From positions 1 to 64,000 of the forward strand of contig MQRK01221564.1 in NCBI GenBank assembly GCA_001938485.1: a DNA stretch of 64,000 nucleotides. The letters are read 5' to 3'. The notes under the pieces are model-generated. The model ran no database searches and was not told the origin of the DNA. It saw nothing but the letters and a program-made list of their open reading frames with translations. The stretch comes from Girardia tigrina. Taxonomy: Eukaryota. Shown here piece after piece: positions 23,460 to 36,902 of this stretch (the stretch's first letter is position 1; each line of letters starts with the position of its first letter). Position numbers and translations under genes: made by a program.

Positions 23460-25679
23460 AATTAATCATTTTATTTTAAATGGATAACAGCTTTAATGAC
23501 ATTTATGTGTCAAAATTAAAAACTCAAAATAAAAAATTAAATAACCTTTGCAATTTATATGGTATTTGTCATTTTAATATAGAAAACACTATTATTGATA
23601 ATTATGATTATGTGTTAAATGTAACGGAGAAAAATATTCTTAAATATGGATTAAATAACAGTGTAAAAACCAAAATTAATGAATTTAAAGTTAAATCAAA
23701 AATTGAAAACTTTTTTTAATTTAATTTCTATTGGAGACGAGGAGTCTAATGATAATTTAAAGAGTTATTTAAAAAAAGCAACTAAGTCTTTTCTTTAGAC
23801 TAATAAAAAATGAATTTGAAAGATATTTGTCTAGGTTTGATAAAGGCAATGGAGTATACATTCAAAATAGATCTGAATATTTAGAAAAAATGTACACCAT
23901 ATTAAATACAGATAAATTTAATAAAACTTAATTTAGAAAAATTGTCTGCCAATCCTTTTAAAAGATGAACAGGCGTTAAATAAAATGATTAATAGACTAG
24001 TTATTAATAATTAATTAAAAAGTTGTTTTATAGAGCAAGGATCGCAACCTTCGATACTTTATGGTCTACCTAAGATTCATAAAGAATGCATTTCAATGCG
24101 ACCTGTTTTGTCTATGATTGGTAGCACACAATATCAAGTGGCGAAAATTCTAGAGAGATTATTAAAACCTTTGGTTAATAATCCTCTAGAATCTAAAGAC
24201 AGTTTTGAATTTGTTAATCGGATTTTGAATAGGAATATTGAATCGGATCGTGAAGTGATGGTTTCATTTGATATAGTAAATCGTTTTACCAATATTCCAT
24301 TAATTGAAACCATTATTTTTATGCGTTGAATTATGGGATAATTTTAAGTCATTAAGTAGTAAAGCATTAAGAGCATAATTGGAATTAAGTGCTAAAAACG
24401 TACCATTTATTTTGATGAGGAATGGTTTATGCAAACTGAGGGAATCGCTATGGGATCACCTTTAGCGTCTTTGATGGCCTTTATCTTTTTGCATAATTTG
24501 GAACAAAGGTTCAATAATTTTAATGGTGAATTACCTTTATTTTATACGAGATATGTGGATGACACTTTTCTTATATTTAAAGGTGAAGAAAGTGTCAAAA
24601 GTCTTTTTAGATTTTGTAAATGGTCTTAACTCTAAATCCAAGTTTACCTTTGAAATGGAAAATACCAATAAGCTATCATTGTTAGACGTATTAATTGAAA
24701 GAATTAAAGATAAATATCAGACTTGAATTTATTGAAAACCAACTGATACCAGATTTTACAGTTGCCCCAACAGTTTTTCTGACTCTAAATACAATAGGAA
24801 TATGATTACAGGCTTAGTAAATAGAGTGGAGTTTAACATCAACTTTTGAGTCATTTGATAATGAAGTTGATGAATTTCATAAAAATGGATTTAATAAAAA
24901 ATATTTAAATAAAATCATAAAATATACTGTTGAATTTATTTATTTAAAATCAAATAATACGTCAAATATAACTTCAGAAAATGACATTGATAATCAAATG
25001 ACTATCAATCTAAAATTACCATACAAAGAGTTCAAACGAATTTTAGAACATCGAACACCGGTTGGCTTAAAATTAAGAGTAATCTTTGTAACTAATAAAT
25101 GCCGGAACTATTTTTCTGACAAATCAAAAACTCATTTGTGTATTATGGCAAATCTAGTTTATCAATTCAAATGTCACAAGTGCGAAGCCTTGTACATTGG
25201 AGAGACAAGTCGTCATCTCCGCACTAGAATTGCTGAACATACTAAATCAAGAAGAAATTGTTCGATATTGAGCCATATTAAAAATGTAAAGGTGATCTTA
25301 TGGGTCACAATAGAGATTTTAAAGTGATTTTAAATAATTTTGACACATGTTATGAAAGGCTTATTGCCGAAGCATTGTTAATAAAGCATCATAAACCATG
25401 CTTAGACGTGCAAGGTGATTCATCTAATCATATTAAAGTTTTTTAAATATTTTTATCAAAATATATTAATATCATTAAAATATTTTTTATAATAGAAGCA
25501 TGGCTTTGAGACGTCTGATGTAATAGTTTTTAAACTATATAAATAGTAATTAATCACTTTATTTCATTACACTGAAGATGCCGAAATGGTGAAACGCGTC
25601 TGTTTTGTAAATAAATTTAATAATCAAAAATGACCTTTGTTTACATTATTATTGAAAATGCCATTATAAATTCTCGATA

Positions 25680-25680
<1 letters not shown>
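23460..25680 (+). mobile_element. Near full-length decayed Penelope/Poseidon-type PLE (RT plus C-terminal GIY-YIG)
   Basis: YGLPKIHK, RPVLS, SFDI..FTNIP, QTEGIAMGSPL, RYVDDTF, NLVYQFKCHKCEALYIGETSRHLRTRIAEH; 3' hammerhead; ends at (TA)n. Confidence 0.92.
25569..25603 (+). ncRNA. Minimal hammerhead ribozyme, intact core
   Basis: ACA-CTGAAGA-T-GCC(GAAAT)GGT-GAAA-CGCG-TC^TGT; palindromic ACGCGT. Confidence 0.75.

Positions 25681-25681
<1 letters not shown>

Positions 25682-25718
<37 letters not shown>
25682..25718. repeat. (TA)n microsatellite between two tail-to-tail PLE ends
   Basis: Read directly from the sequence. Confidence 0.95.
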
Positions 25719-25722
<4 letters not shown>

Positions 25723-27090
25723 AGTGAACAATAATTTGAAATTTTTTGAATAGATATGTGTTCAAGCATTTTTTAAAAATTCAACGTTAGACATGTTTCG
25801 ATCATACTTTATGACCATCTTCCGTAACTTTATTTGTATTTTATATTTATTTGTGTTAGATTGATTTTAATAATAAAAATCATTTTTAAATTATATATTG
25901 TAATAAAAAAATTTAAATTGATATTAAACTTTAATTTTATTAGTTAATATAAATGTTAGAATCTCTCGAGTCCTCCATCGTCGGTGAAGAATTGGAATCC
26001 ATAGATCCGAATAGTTGTTAACCCATAAAAGTAAAATTTACCAATAATCACAACAAGGAATAAATTCGAGAATAAGATTTATTGAGAAATATTTGTGTAT
26101 TCAATTTCACACTTAAATTAAAGTCACACAATAATTCACTCAATCGCAAAAAAATGAATGATTATTCAAACAACATATTTTTTTAATCATTAATTTTTCT
26201 TGATTGTTTATTTTTTAATTTAATTCATACACAATTTTCTGAGGAACGTTTCAGTTAATGATAAACTTGGACTTTGTATTTTCTTTAATTATTAGTTATA
26301 TAATTTATTGATTTTAGTTGTTTTTCTTTTTTTTGAGAATAAAATTTTATTAGTCACTCATTGATAAATAATTTATTTTCTTCATTTCTTGTTAAATTTA
26401 AAAATATCTATTTTACTAATTTACCCTATCAATAAACATTAATTTAATTTAATTTATTTTATATAGAGATATTTAATATCGAGGCTGCTTTACTTTTAAC
26501 ATTTTGGGTATTGATCAATGGGTTATAGTGTCTTATAAGCAATGATTCACATTGCAACCTCTCATAATGTGAATCAATATTCTTCTGAAGAATAGAAAAT
26601 TTATCTTTAGAAATAAATGAAGTTCTTTCTTCGCAACATATGCAGTGATTAAGAACCTTACTCGATCTACTTGACTGTGAATGTTCACTAATCCGTGTTT
26701 TGAGATGATGATTTGTCTCTCCAATGTACGAGTTTTTACACCCGTGACAGTTAAATTTGTACACAAGATTGTCAGTTTTGGATGTCATAGTAAGGCAATT
26801 TTTTACTTTAGATGTTACGGACACTATTTTAACATTATCGATATTTTTGTAAATGTTATTTTTGCATCTTCTGAATATGGAATTTTGATAATTTTAACGG
26901 GTTTCCTTTCGTCTTCATTCTTAGTTGTGTTAAAGTGGATTCTATCTATCATTAATTTAATATTTTTTTTCTATTTGTTTATTCGGGTACATATGTTATT
27001 CAAACGTTTACTTAGAATGTCAAATCCATCACATGCTTTCGAAAAGTTTGAGGAAGGATTCCATATTCTATGAATTAAACCCTTGATATT
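25719..27090 (-). mobile_element. 5'-truncated PLE or PLEs (GIY-YIG ORF 26459-26824 plus pLTR)
   Basis: NLVYKFNCHGCKNSYIGETNHHLKTRISEH...ESLLIRHYNPLIN. Confidence 0.85.
25786..25828 (-). ncRNA. Hammerhead motif with a U4G core variant
   Basis: GTTA-CGGAAGA-T-GGTCATA(AAG)TATGATC-GAAA-CATG-TC^TAAC. Confidence 0.65.
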
Positions 27091-28363
27091 TGGTAATTTA
27101 TATATTTTATATATATTTTTCATATATTTCTTTGCAAATTGTTATTTCCGATAACTATTGTAATATAATATGTATTGAAAAATATGTAAATTCAATAAGT
27201 GATAATATCTATTTTACAATTTTCATAATTTACAATTTTCAAATATCTATTTTTCTACAAATATTTTAATAGTTTTCTCTTCTGTAAGCTGTTAAAGACT
27301 TTGTAGTCTCATAAAACAGTCAGAATTTATTAACATAAATACAAATTACAGATGACGGCTTGAGACATTCGGTTACCACGGAGAAAGAAGAATGTCCTAA
27401 GATTTGTATCATGAAGAAAATAAATTGAGATAACAAGATTTAAAAGTACAACATCGAACTTCTTTTCAAGTGGCGCGGAAAATCCGAGGGCCAATTAAGA
27501 GTCTCAGCTAAATTGATTATGAACAGAAAATACTTTTGCCAAGACAAATACATGTCTTGAAAAAATTATTTATTATAATATATTTAAATTATATTATATT
27601 TTATTAGTGGTTATTTAACTTTGGTTCAAAAAATAAAAATTTTGGGTAGTGAGAAATTAGTAACAATAAACAGGGATAAAGAAAAACAGGAGTGATATAT
27701 TTAAGTGTTTTGAAATATATTTTATGCAAACATAATTTAATTTTACTGGATTATTCAAAAATATATTAAATTATTCCAAAATATTTCTAGAAAATGGATT
27801 CAATGTAATTTGTTTTAATGTGATATGAATTTCAAAATTTTCCAGATTTTAAATGAGAATTGAATTCTAATTTAAAAAACAAGAAAAAACGAAAACAATT
27901 CATATCAAAATTTTGAAAATAAGATGGAAAGAAGAGGATAAACATTTATCTAAAACATCTGAATGCTATGACCCTTGTGTTGAAAAATATTTAACATTAA
28001 TGCCATCGCGATCTCTCAAATTTTCTTTGATGAAACTTTTAGGCTAGTCAAGATCCTTGTACTTCATTTCAGCCAATTGCATAGATATCATACTGGAAGG
28101 TGGAAAGCAGTACAGTAGTATCCAGATATGGTACATTTATAAGTATCAGCCAAAGACTTGAAATATTCAAAGATTTTGTTTTTGTGGTGAGCCATGTTAA
28201 ATTTAGTGTCATTTGATGTATGTTAAATAGAGCTCCCAAGTACCAAAATCTGCTAGTTCACTATTTAGGCTCTGAGTATTAACGTGCATTAAACAATCAA
28301 GGTGATTTTCTCAGCGAAGAATTTCAGGACCGAGCTGCTCCTTAAATTTTTAAACTTTCCAAT

Positions 28364-28804
28364 TATTAAGAACACCAATTCGACGTTTAATTCTTTTATT
28401 AATATAACACGTTTGATTGTTCTCGATACAATCTTTGTCAAAAACGTTCGTATGATTGCATTCTAATCAATTGATTACTTACTTTAATCTTTTTATCTTA
28501 GCAAATGGAGAATTAAATAAATTGTTAAAATATTTATTTTAAATTTTATTGGTTAAAATTTTAAATTATTATTAATTATTTAAAAAATATTAATTTAATT
28601 TAGTTATATAAAAATTGTAAATAAAATTAATTAACTTTTTTAAAATTTTACAATTATTTTAAATTAGAAATAAATTTAAACTTTACATTTTTTGAGATAA
28701 TAACAATTAAAGTATTAATCATCCATCTGGGTAGGAGAGACACAATTCCAAATCAACATACACATTCAAACACAAAACATCAAACATTCAAAATATTCCT
28801 CACA
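28364..28804 (-). mobile_element. Solo-LTR-like element (TG..TA family)
   Basis: TATTAAGAACAC...TATTCCTCACA; flanks CCAAT/CCATT; closely matches 17494-17928. Confidence 0.75.
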
Positions 28805-29249
28805 CCATTGATGTGAATTTTATAAATAATTGACTAATTTACATTTATTAGTTAACGAATATCATGAATATTTTGATTTTTTAAAAAAGAGTATAGTTCT
28901 CTACATAGAAAATAATACTGAATCCCTATAAATTATCTTTAAAAATAAATTTTAATATTTAATATAATTTTATTTTCTTAAAACATAATGTTAATAGTTT
29001 ATTAAATTATTAAAATAACTCTTTCCGTATATTGTAAGTAATATAAATCGGGATTAGCTAGAGGAAGAGTGGATCATGTCTGACGAAAAATACAATTTAG
29101 TCAAGCAAATGAAATTAATTTTTAAAAAATATTCAAGATCGTATATATCGTGCCAAGAGTTGCAAGAATTGTATTTTAATAAAATATATTTATGGTTGTG
29201 TTATTAGTTTTTGACATTATTAAAAAGATTCACATAAAACTTTTAAATT

Positions 29250-29700
29250 GTCCTAAAAAGGTTGGTGAAAATGTTGATTTTTTAAAAAAAATGCGAACTT
29301 TTGATGAGCTTACTTGTCTTAGAATTTCGCCCAACCAGTTTTCAAATTTTTGTCTTCAACACACAAATGATTGGCAAATTGTTCTTCCTTTACGACAGAT
29401 AATTTCATTTGTGACATAAAGTATTTTAGATAGCTAATCTTCTAAGAAGGTAACCAATTTTGTTTCCAAGACTTCAGTGGAGGTGTGACATCCGCCACCA
29501 TCCTGGCGGAAACGCTTTTCCCTTTTAGTGACAGTTCAGAATTAACCTTTATTTTGTTGCCATTCTCTGATTGGTTTATCATCTACCCCATAACAGAGAG
29601 CGATGGCACCATTTTCTCCTTTCTTTGCTTTCTTCACAGATGCTTCTTATAAGAATTCTTGACAAGTAATAGTTTTGAACGAGCAATTGACTTCCAGATG
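29250..29700 (-). mobile_element. pogo-like transposase N-terminal DNA-binding remnant
   Basis: YGVDDKPIREWQQNK...RFRQDGGG...LETKLVTFL...VTNEIICRKG resembles the Brinker-like/CENP-B helix-turn-helix pair of pogo transposases. Confidence 0.55.
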
Positions 29701-30981
29701 TGCAATTGGAAATACGTACATTGAAGTACTGAAATGCTTCAAACAGCTAAGCCCTTGTGGAAGTAGGTAATACCATACCATTTCAGACAGCCAACGAAAG
29801 ATGCAAAAGGAAAGACTATTAAAATGAATGACTTATTCATGTATGTCTCTTACAACTTGCTTATTATCAAGTTTATTTTCACCTATACATCCGAAGTCTT
29901 TCTCATCGTGTCATTAGCAAATTTTAATGAGTCGCTTGTTTACCTTCTACTGGTTATAGTAGCGGCACTAATTATAATTTATACTGTAAACTGTTTTCAT
30001 TTATTTAAATATCATCAAAGTCTTTTTTTCCTTCTTTGGTGAGTTATTTGGTCACTAACCTTTCTTTCAAATTGAGTAATTTCTTGGCAGGCTCTGATAT
30101 TGATGATCCTCTCAGAAAGCTTGAATTAGACTAAAGTATAATTGCCATCAACACTCTTAGTAAACTCACCGTAATGAGATTTTATTTTCAACATGTGGAT
30201 ATCTGCAGTTGTATTAAATATTTCATTTGTGAAACAAAGTTTATTATTGTTTAGAAATAAATGTATTACATTTGTTTTATATTTTTAAAAAATCAATCTC
30301 AAAAATTTGGGATACCGAGATTAAAGGAAAATTATTTTGGGGATTGTTAAAACGACCAGAATTGAATTCCCTATTCATGAGAGAAATGATTCTGGATTAA
30401 AATAACCTATAGAATGTTCCCAAGTGTCTTTTAACTAAAAGTTTGTTTGTAAATTAAAAAATATTTTTCTACATATTAATTTCAAAAAAGTATCTTCTTT
30501 ATTCAAGAAGTCAAATGAAGTAACTCTACTCCACAATAAAGGTCTTGGAGATTGTAGACGAAATTCAAAATTTCAGGTTTTAAATGCATCAACAACTTTA
30601 TTATACATTTTCGTCTTTAGATAATCTAAAACACTTCTCTTAGTTGTTATTTTGGTTTTCCAGAGATTCAATGTTGATGTAATGAACCAACAATTTGCAT
30701 AAATAAAAATTAATTCATCAATGGTCATTTATGTAAGGAGAATTTGTCATATGAAAATTATCATTGATTGAACATAATATAATACTAAAATGAAAATAAA
30801 TTTTATATTTTGATAAAGATATATAAATAGTAAAATTCCAAAAATATAATTTATTAAAATCGTTCAAGATGGGACCTTGGATCTGTACGAATCTGTTTTC
30901 TTAATTAATATTATTTATATTAATGTTATTTACTCTAATTTCAAGTTTCCAAAAAAAGAACTTTACCTCAAAAGGTAAAGT

Positions 30982-31571
30982 CAAACTCATTTCGTCTGTT
31001 TGTTTATTCCACTACAAATCTCGCAAACAATCTTCCACCCACTCTTTGCAGTCTGAATGAGCTGAAATTTCAATTCAAAAGTATTCAAACTAAATGATTG
31101 ATTATTCATTCTTTCCACAAAATATTTTGAGATTATCAACATTGTATTTATAAATTAAAATTATTTTTTCCAGTAATCATAACTTTCTTAAAAGACATAA
31201 AATGCTTTCTTCAACCGGTCGGTCATTCACCTCAACAACAAGCTTAATCATAAAACTTGTTCGAGTTGTGACGCTTAAATCTCTATTTCAAATCGATCAA
31301 ATTGATAAAAATTGCGATCTATTCACAGTCAAACTCCAGAAGTCTCTGCAGTCATACCGATTATTAAAATTCATTGTAGAAAATAACTCCAATCTGCAAA
31401 ACTTCCTCAGTATTTCGATTAGACAGTCTTCGAAGTCCATATGTTGATTGCTATATAAGCGTGGTCTTTACAAAAGAATCTTTTATATTTAACTTCTTGG
31501 AAAAGTGTACTTTTATTGAAGTTATCTTTTACATAATCCAAATAAAATAAATCAACTACTTGATACTATTA
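30982..31571 (+). repeat. Second copy of the 590-bp unidentified repeat
   Basis: Reverse complement of 15681-16270. Confidence 0.92.
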
Positions 31572-31702
31572 GGTGATATTCGATGCTCAACAATAAACAA
31601 AGACGTAAAAATATAAATGCTGAAAGCAAATAAATAAAACATTAGCAAAATTCCAACTTAAGTTCGGTAGTTTTGACTCGGTCTTCTTTTTCCATTTGTT
31701 AT

Positions 31703-32192
31703 TGTGAGGAATATTTTAAATTATTTGAATGTGTAAATATATGGATGCTGTATGTTGATTTGAGTATGTTGAATTTAGAATGGTGATTCTCCCACCCAGA
31801 TGGAAATTGGTATTTTTTTATTAAGTTTAAAGGAACATAATTAAAATAATCATTTGATAAGTTCATATTTTTAATTTCACAATTAAAATTAAGTTTAATA
31901 ATTTTTATTAACATTTAAATTAAATGCATTTTTAATAATTTGATGATATTTTTTATTATTTATGGATTTATTGAGAAATGGTAAAAAAATATTATTTTTT
32001 AATTAATATTTTTTAGAGGTTAAATATTTTTAAAAATGATTTAGAAAAAATGTTCGAATAATCATGATTAAAAACAGAAATAAGAAAACCAATTAGAAGG
32101 ATGACAAACGATGAAAGACATTCTGAGAGTTGTAATGACTAAATGTAATTGCAATAAAAATTCAAATGAGACTTGTTTAAATGTTCTTAATA
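31703..32192 (+). mobile_element. Solo-LTR-like element (TG..TA family), 490 bp
   Basis: Perfect 5-bp TSD GTTAT at 31698-31702 and 32193-32197. Confidence 0.82.
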
Positions 32193-32951
32193 GTTATAAT
32201 ACTGATAATAAAAACAAGTAATCAATCATTATAATTAATTTTATTGGTGTCTTCAATAGCCAAAATATGCTGCAATCCAACAAAAAACCTGAGCTACAAA
32301 ATGTTAAGTCATTGTCAAATTATAACTATTTGAATTTATTATATTATTTATTTATTATTTGTATTATAATCATACCTACAAATTTTATACTTGATAATCT
32401 GATAAAAGCGACAAGTTTGGTTATAGGATTTTTTTGTTTTTTTTATGATTGATTTGCTGTGTCATCTAAATGTATAACAAAATTATTAAATTATTCCAGA
32501 AACAAAGTAAGTAAAGTGCATTAAATTAAGAAGCTACAGTCAATCTAAAAACATTTATGTTAGAATGATGATTAAGAACTACGGTATACGTTCTTGGATA
32601 CCAGCAAAATATTTGATGAAAATGTGATTAATAATCTTTGCGAAGAATCAATCAGTAAGGAAATTGCTTTACCAATAACGTTATTAATTCTATAATTTTA
32701 TATCTGTAACACTACAAAATGTGCTGAGATTCTTTTGACAAATCTTTTTTAGAGAAGGACACTGACTCAAACTACTAGATTTGGGTAAAATAATTTGGAT
32801 TATGTTTCTTAAACTAGTAAATCAACAAATTAAAATTTTAATATCCATTCTTTATGCAAAAAGAACACTACTTTGCCACTAAATATTTAATTAAAAAATA
32901 ATTTAAAAATAATACTATAAAAAGTTAATATAAACTACTGTTTATTTATTA

Positions 32952-33053
32952 TTGGGTGTACAACTAATTAATTTCGTATTTTTTTGTTAAAAAAACCATT
33001 TATTTAAGTATAAAAGGGATAACAAATACGAAATTAATTAGTTGTACACCTAA
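32952..33053. mobile_element. 102-bp mariner-derived MITE
   Basis: About 30-bp TIRs TT(G/A)GGTGTACAACTAATTAATTTCGTATTT with TA TSD; the ends resemble the mariner at 44243. Confidence 0.85.
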
Positions 33054-33375
33054 TACTAACTTTTTAATTTATAAGTAGATATTTTTCAATTAATATTGTT
33101 CGGGAACTCCGAATTTTCCGTTTTTCCCATTTAGGGATCTTAAAAAGATTTTTTCGATCAAATTTTCACATAATCATTTATTGTCATCGAGAATGAGTGA
33201 GTGTGCAAAGTTTGAAGAAAATGGATTGATAAAAAAGCTTTCAAAAATAGGTTTCTAAATTCCATGGATATAGAAAGTAAGCAAATAAAAAGAATGGAAT
33301 AAGTTGTAAATTGTATATTTATATATAAAGAAAGAAATACATACAGGTCGCAAAAATGTATAACAAATTATTAAA

Positions 33376-33735
33376 TCAAAAATTAGATGTTATAATTATT
33401 TTTTGATTTTCTATCACTATCGATCTTTGAGAAGGACTTAGGACCAAACTAATTGAACTTTTTGTACAGAAAATTTTCATTGGAATATCATTTATTAGTT
33501 CCAAGGTTATTGTGAGGTTCTGAAACTTAAAGTTAAAATTTGAGCCTTGAAATTTTAAATTGTGTAAGTTGATTCCTTTTATAAGTGTTGTGATTGAAGG
33601 ATCAAAGATCAGTTGGCCAAAATTAGAAAAGTCCAACCTCATTCCCATGAATCCATTAAGGATATTTTGTAAGTAACCTCCCATTCCTGTCTGAAAGTTT
33701 ATTGCTCCCGTTCCATTGACACATTCAGACCAAAC
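33376..33735 (-). CDS. PGGHG: PGGHG last coding exon
   Basis: tttAG|VWSECVNGTGAINFQTGMGGYLQNILNGFMGMR...TSNF*; matches the VWTE...GAVNFLTGMGGFLQ motif. Confidence 0.9.
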   Translation of the reverse strand, partial: VWSECVNGTGAINFQTGMGGYLQNILNGFMGMRLDFSNFGQLIFDPSITTLIKGINLHNLKFQGSNFNFKFQNLTITLELINDIPMKIFCTKSSISLVLSPSQRSIVIENQKIIITSNF

Positions 33736-36700
33736 CTAAATTAGTTCATTATTAAACCCTTAAATCGATAACTATGTTTTAAAATGGATATTATATTTTT
33801 AATTATTAGATCAGTTAGCATTATTTTATAATTTGCAGCAAATTATTTGTAATTATGATTTAATCAAATGCATTTTAAATTAAATCAAAATTTATCAAAC
33901 AAAAAAGTTAAACTCGTTTGTGGATTTCATAATCATTAATTGTAACAGAACGAAATCTCAAAATAAGTTGATAAACATTCTTAAGCAAGAAGAGAAAGAT
34001 TCTACAAGAGTTAAGATATTACCAGAAAAGAACATCACTTATTTCTATTAACTTGAAAATAGTTCTGATTATTTTATTGTTTTCTTTTTATATAATTTTT
34101 GACTTTCTTCAAAACAAATAGTTCTTTTCTGTTTGTCATGTGTTAGAACATTAGTCTAAAGATCTTCTGATTTTCACATTGCGAGGAACATTTTCGAATG
34201 GTGTTTATTGTGTTCTTTTTAGGATTGTGTTTCTCTACTAAGATTGAAGATTGATATTTTGAATGTTTGGACCATTGGATTATTCGGACAATTTTAATAT
34301 GTAAATAACAACTTTACAATTAAATTAATATATTTTAATCAATAAATATTTAATAATATTTTAATATAATGGGATATTTTGTCTGTTCTTTTCCCGTTAT
34401 TATTATTGAGCCATTATTTCAAACGAGTGTCTTCAAAAAAGGTTATGTATGCATCTATAGTGATATGAAGTTTCGAAAAATTCACTATCATTTATCATGT
34501 CTTTGTCTATTTGATATTGTCAGCAATTTATATATTATTCTACTGTGAAGGAATCCCAGACCGAACTTTTAAAAGAATCTGAGGATAATTAACATTTGAT
34601 CAGATGTTATTTATTGTATGTCAAAGTTCTAAGAAGAATGTAGATGAGTAAAAGAAATTTAAATTACTGCTGCTGATAGATCACTGGTGGAAATTACAGC
34701 ATTTTTAGTAGGATAAACAAATAATAAGTGATAATAATGTGTATGAGTTTTCCTTAAATAGAAATCAGTGTCCACATTCAATGTGATGATGTTATACAAC
34801 AGATGGTATTCCCCTTGTTCCAACCTTTTAAAATATTCTCTGCCACCCTTCCATTGACTAGTTCCTCAATCAAACTTTAGTAAACGATTAACAAAAATCG
34901 AACATAAATTTCTATCATAAGAATATTAAGTAAGAAATACTTTAAATTTTGTATTTTAATTTTAGTATGTTTACATTGGTATTTTGAAATGTGTTTCTCT
35001 CACTCACATGAAAAATTGATATCTTGGATGTTTGTGATGAGTGATTGTTCGAGCATGATTTACATTATAGATTGCAAAATATGATACTTCAAATTTTAAA
35101 ATATTAAATAAAAATTATTACTTGTGTTAAGGTAAAAATGTTTAAACAAAATTTTTAAAACTGATTGAATTAAATTTATTTAAATAAAGATCTTTAAAAT
35201 AATTTTTAAAGTAAAATTAAGAAATTATTAAATCGATTAGTAAAATATTTTTAAAATTAAACCTTTAAAATTAATTGAATTGTGTTGTACATAAAATAAA
35301 AATCTTTGTTCTAATTATTATTTTTAAACTGTTCATTCTCTAATTTTATCAATTAGTTAAATTTCAGCTGATGACAGTTTTATTGAGAGTTTTACTTGAA
35401 AAGATTCGAATATTGATTACAATAAATATGTTGAAAATCATAGTACTGTTCTTAATAGGGTTAACATCATAGATTCAGATGTTTGACGGATAAGAGTCAA
35501 AATAAGAGGCATCGCTAAAGAGCTGTGGTAGGTATGCTGAATTTAGCAGATTCACTGAAAAAAGGAGAGCCATTTTGACTCTAGTCGCGATAACCAAGCG
35601 CGAGAATGCTTCAAGAGAAACCTTGAAAACAAAAAAGAAAGCTACATTCATCAATGAAAAGAACATTCTGAAGATAATGTTGGGATTTGTGGAGGATAAA
35701 GTTAGATCAAACGTCTTTTCAACCGTATTTAGAAAAATTAACGAACTAAAATAAGAAAAAGAGCTATCAGATCTTTTGTTCGGACAGATCCACGAGTTGT
35801 CCCGAAGACATGGTGGTAGTAGCAGAGACAATCAGTACTTTGAATAGGAGCTCGGATTAAATGTGCTGGGCCCATTGTGATTTAAATTTTTTCGAGGAAA
35901 TCATCATTCTCTATTTTTATAATAATTTGAGTCAAAACTTTCAAAAAGAAATATTCGTAACAAAAAATGAGCAATCGAAAAACAAAAAATTTTAAAAAGT
36001 GAGAAAAAGTTTTTTCTCGAACATTTAACTCGTTCTGATTGGCTATACAATAAATCTCTCTCTCGATATAACTCGGCTCGGTCTACCACACACACACAGC
36101 TGAATAAAATTAGTGACACGATCAGTCATCGATTCGAACAAAAAGTGATCTTTATTTTTTCAAAATTAATGAACATTATTTACATCGAAATTTCAAATTT
36201 ATTTAACTGTTATTATTATTTTTTTAACTTAATTATTTAATTTTAATTTAACTTTTTCTTTTAATTAATTTCTTTCAAACATTTCAATGTAAAAGGGACA
36301 ATAAAAAGGCCAACAAAGTAATCAGATAGTGTCATTCAGATATGATAGATGTCAATAATAATGTTTACTTGAATTGTCTTGAGAGGAGAGGAAGAATTCA
36401 AATATAATGACAATAATACAATATAATAAAAAATAATTTAAATTCCGAACATCTGACACATAAACTTGGTTGATGATAAAAGAAATGCAGAGAGATAACT
36501 CTTAGACATTTCTCCAAAGCTGAAGATATCGAAACTATATCGGAGATAATAAAAATAATCTATTTGTAAGAGTAGATATACAAGGATGAAAGCTTAGACC
36601 ACAAATGGGGACCATTAATGGAGGGTAGTTGAACATAAGAGAAGGAAGCTTGAAACGAGGAAAGAATAATAAACGAAATTTGGGGAATTTTCAAAACAAT

Positions 36701-36902
36701 GATAAATTTTCAAGCCGGAATAATTACTCGTTAGACATGGATCGAGGAAGGATGGCATGTAAGAAGAAAATTTTTATATATCGTCATAAATTTTTTAACA
36801 CGATTCAATAAATCCTTATGTGGTGATTCGGAGTATCGATGACAAAAAAATAATAAATCAAAAGAATTAAACACCATTCGAAATTTTCATTTTTAAAAAA
36901 AC

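Noticed and set aside
23460-27090. Selenocysteine-encoding Naiad-type PLE
   Set aside because: GIY-YIG is C-terminal here, and the stops are mixed types accompanied by frameshifts, which indicates decay.
36420-36770. Possible RTE LINE 3' remnant
   Set aside because: Only a vague RG...DR similarity; not enough to call.
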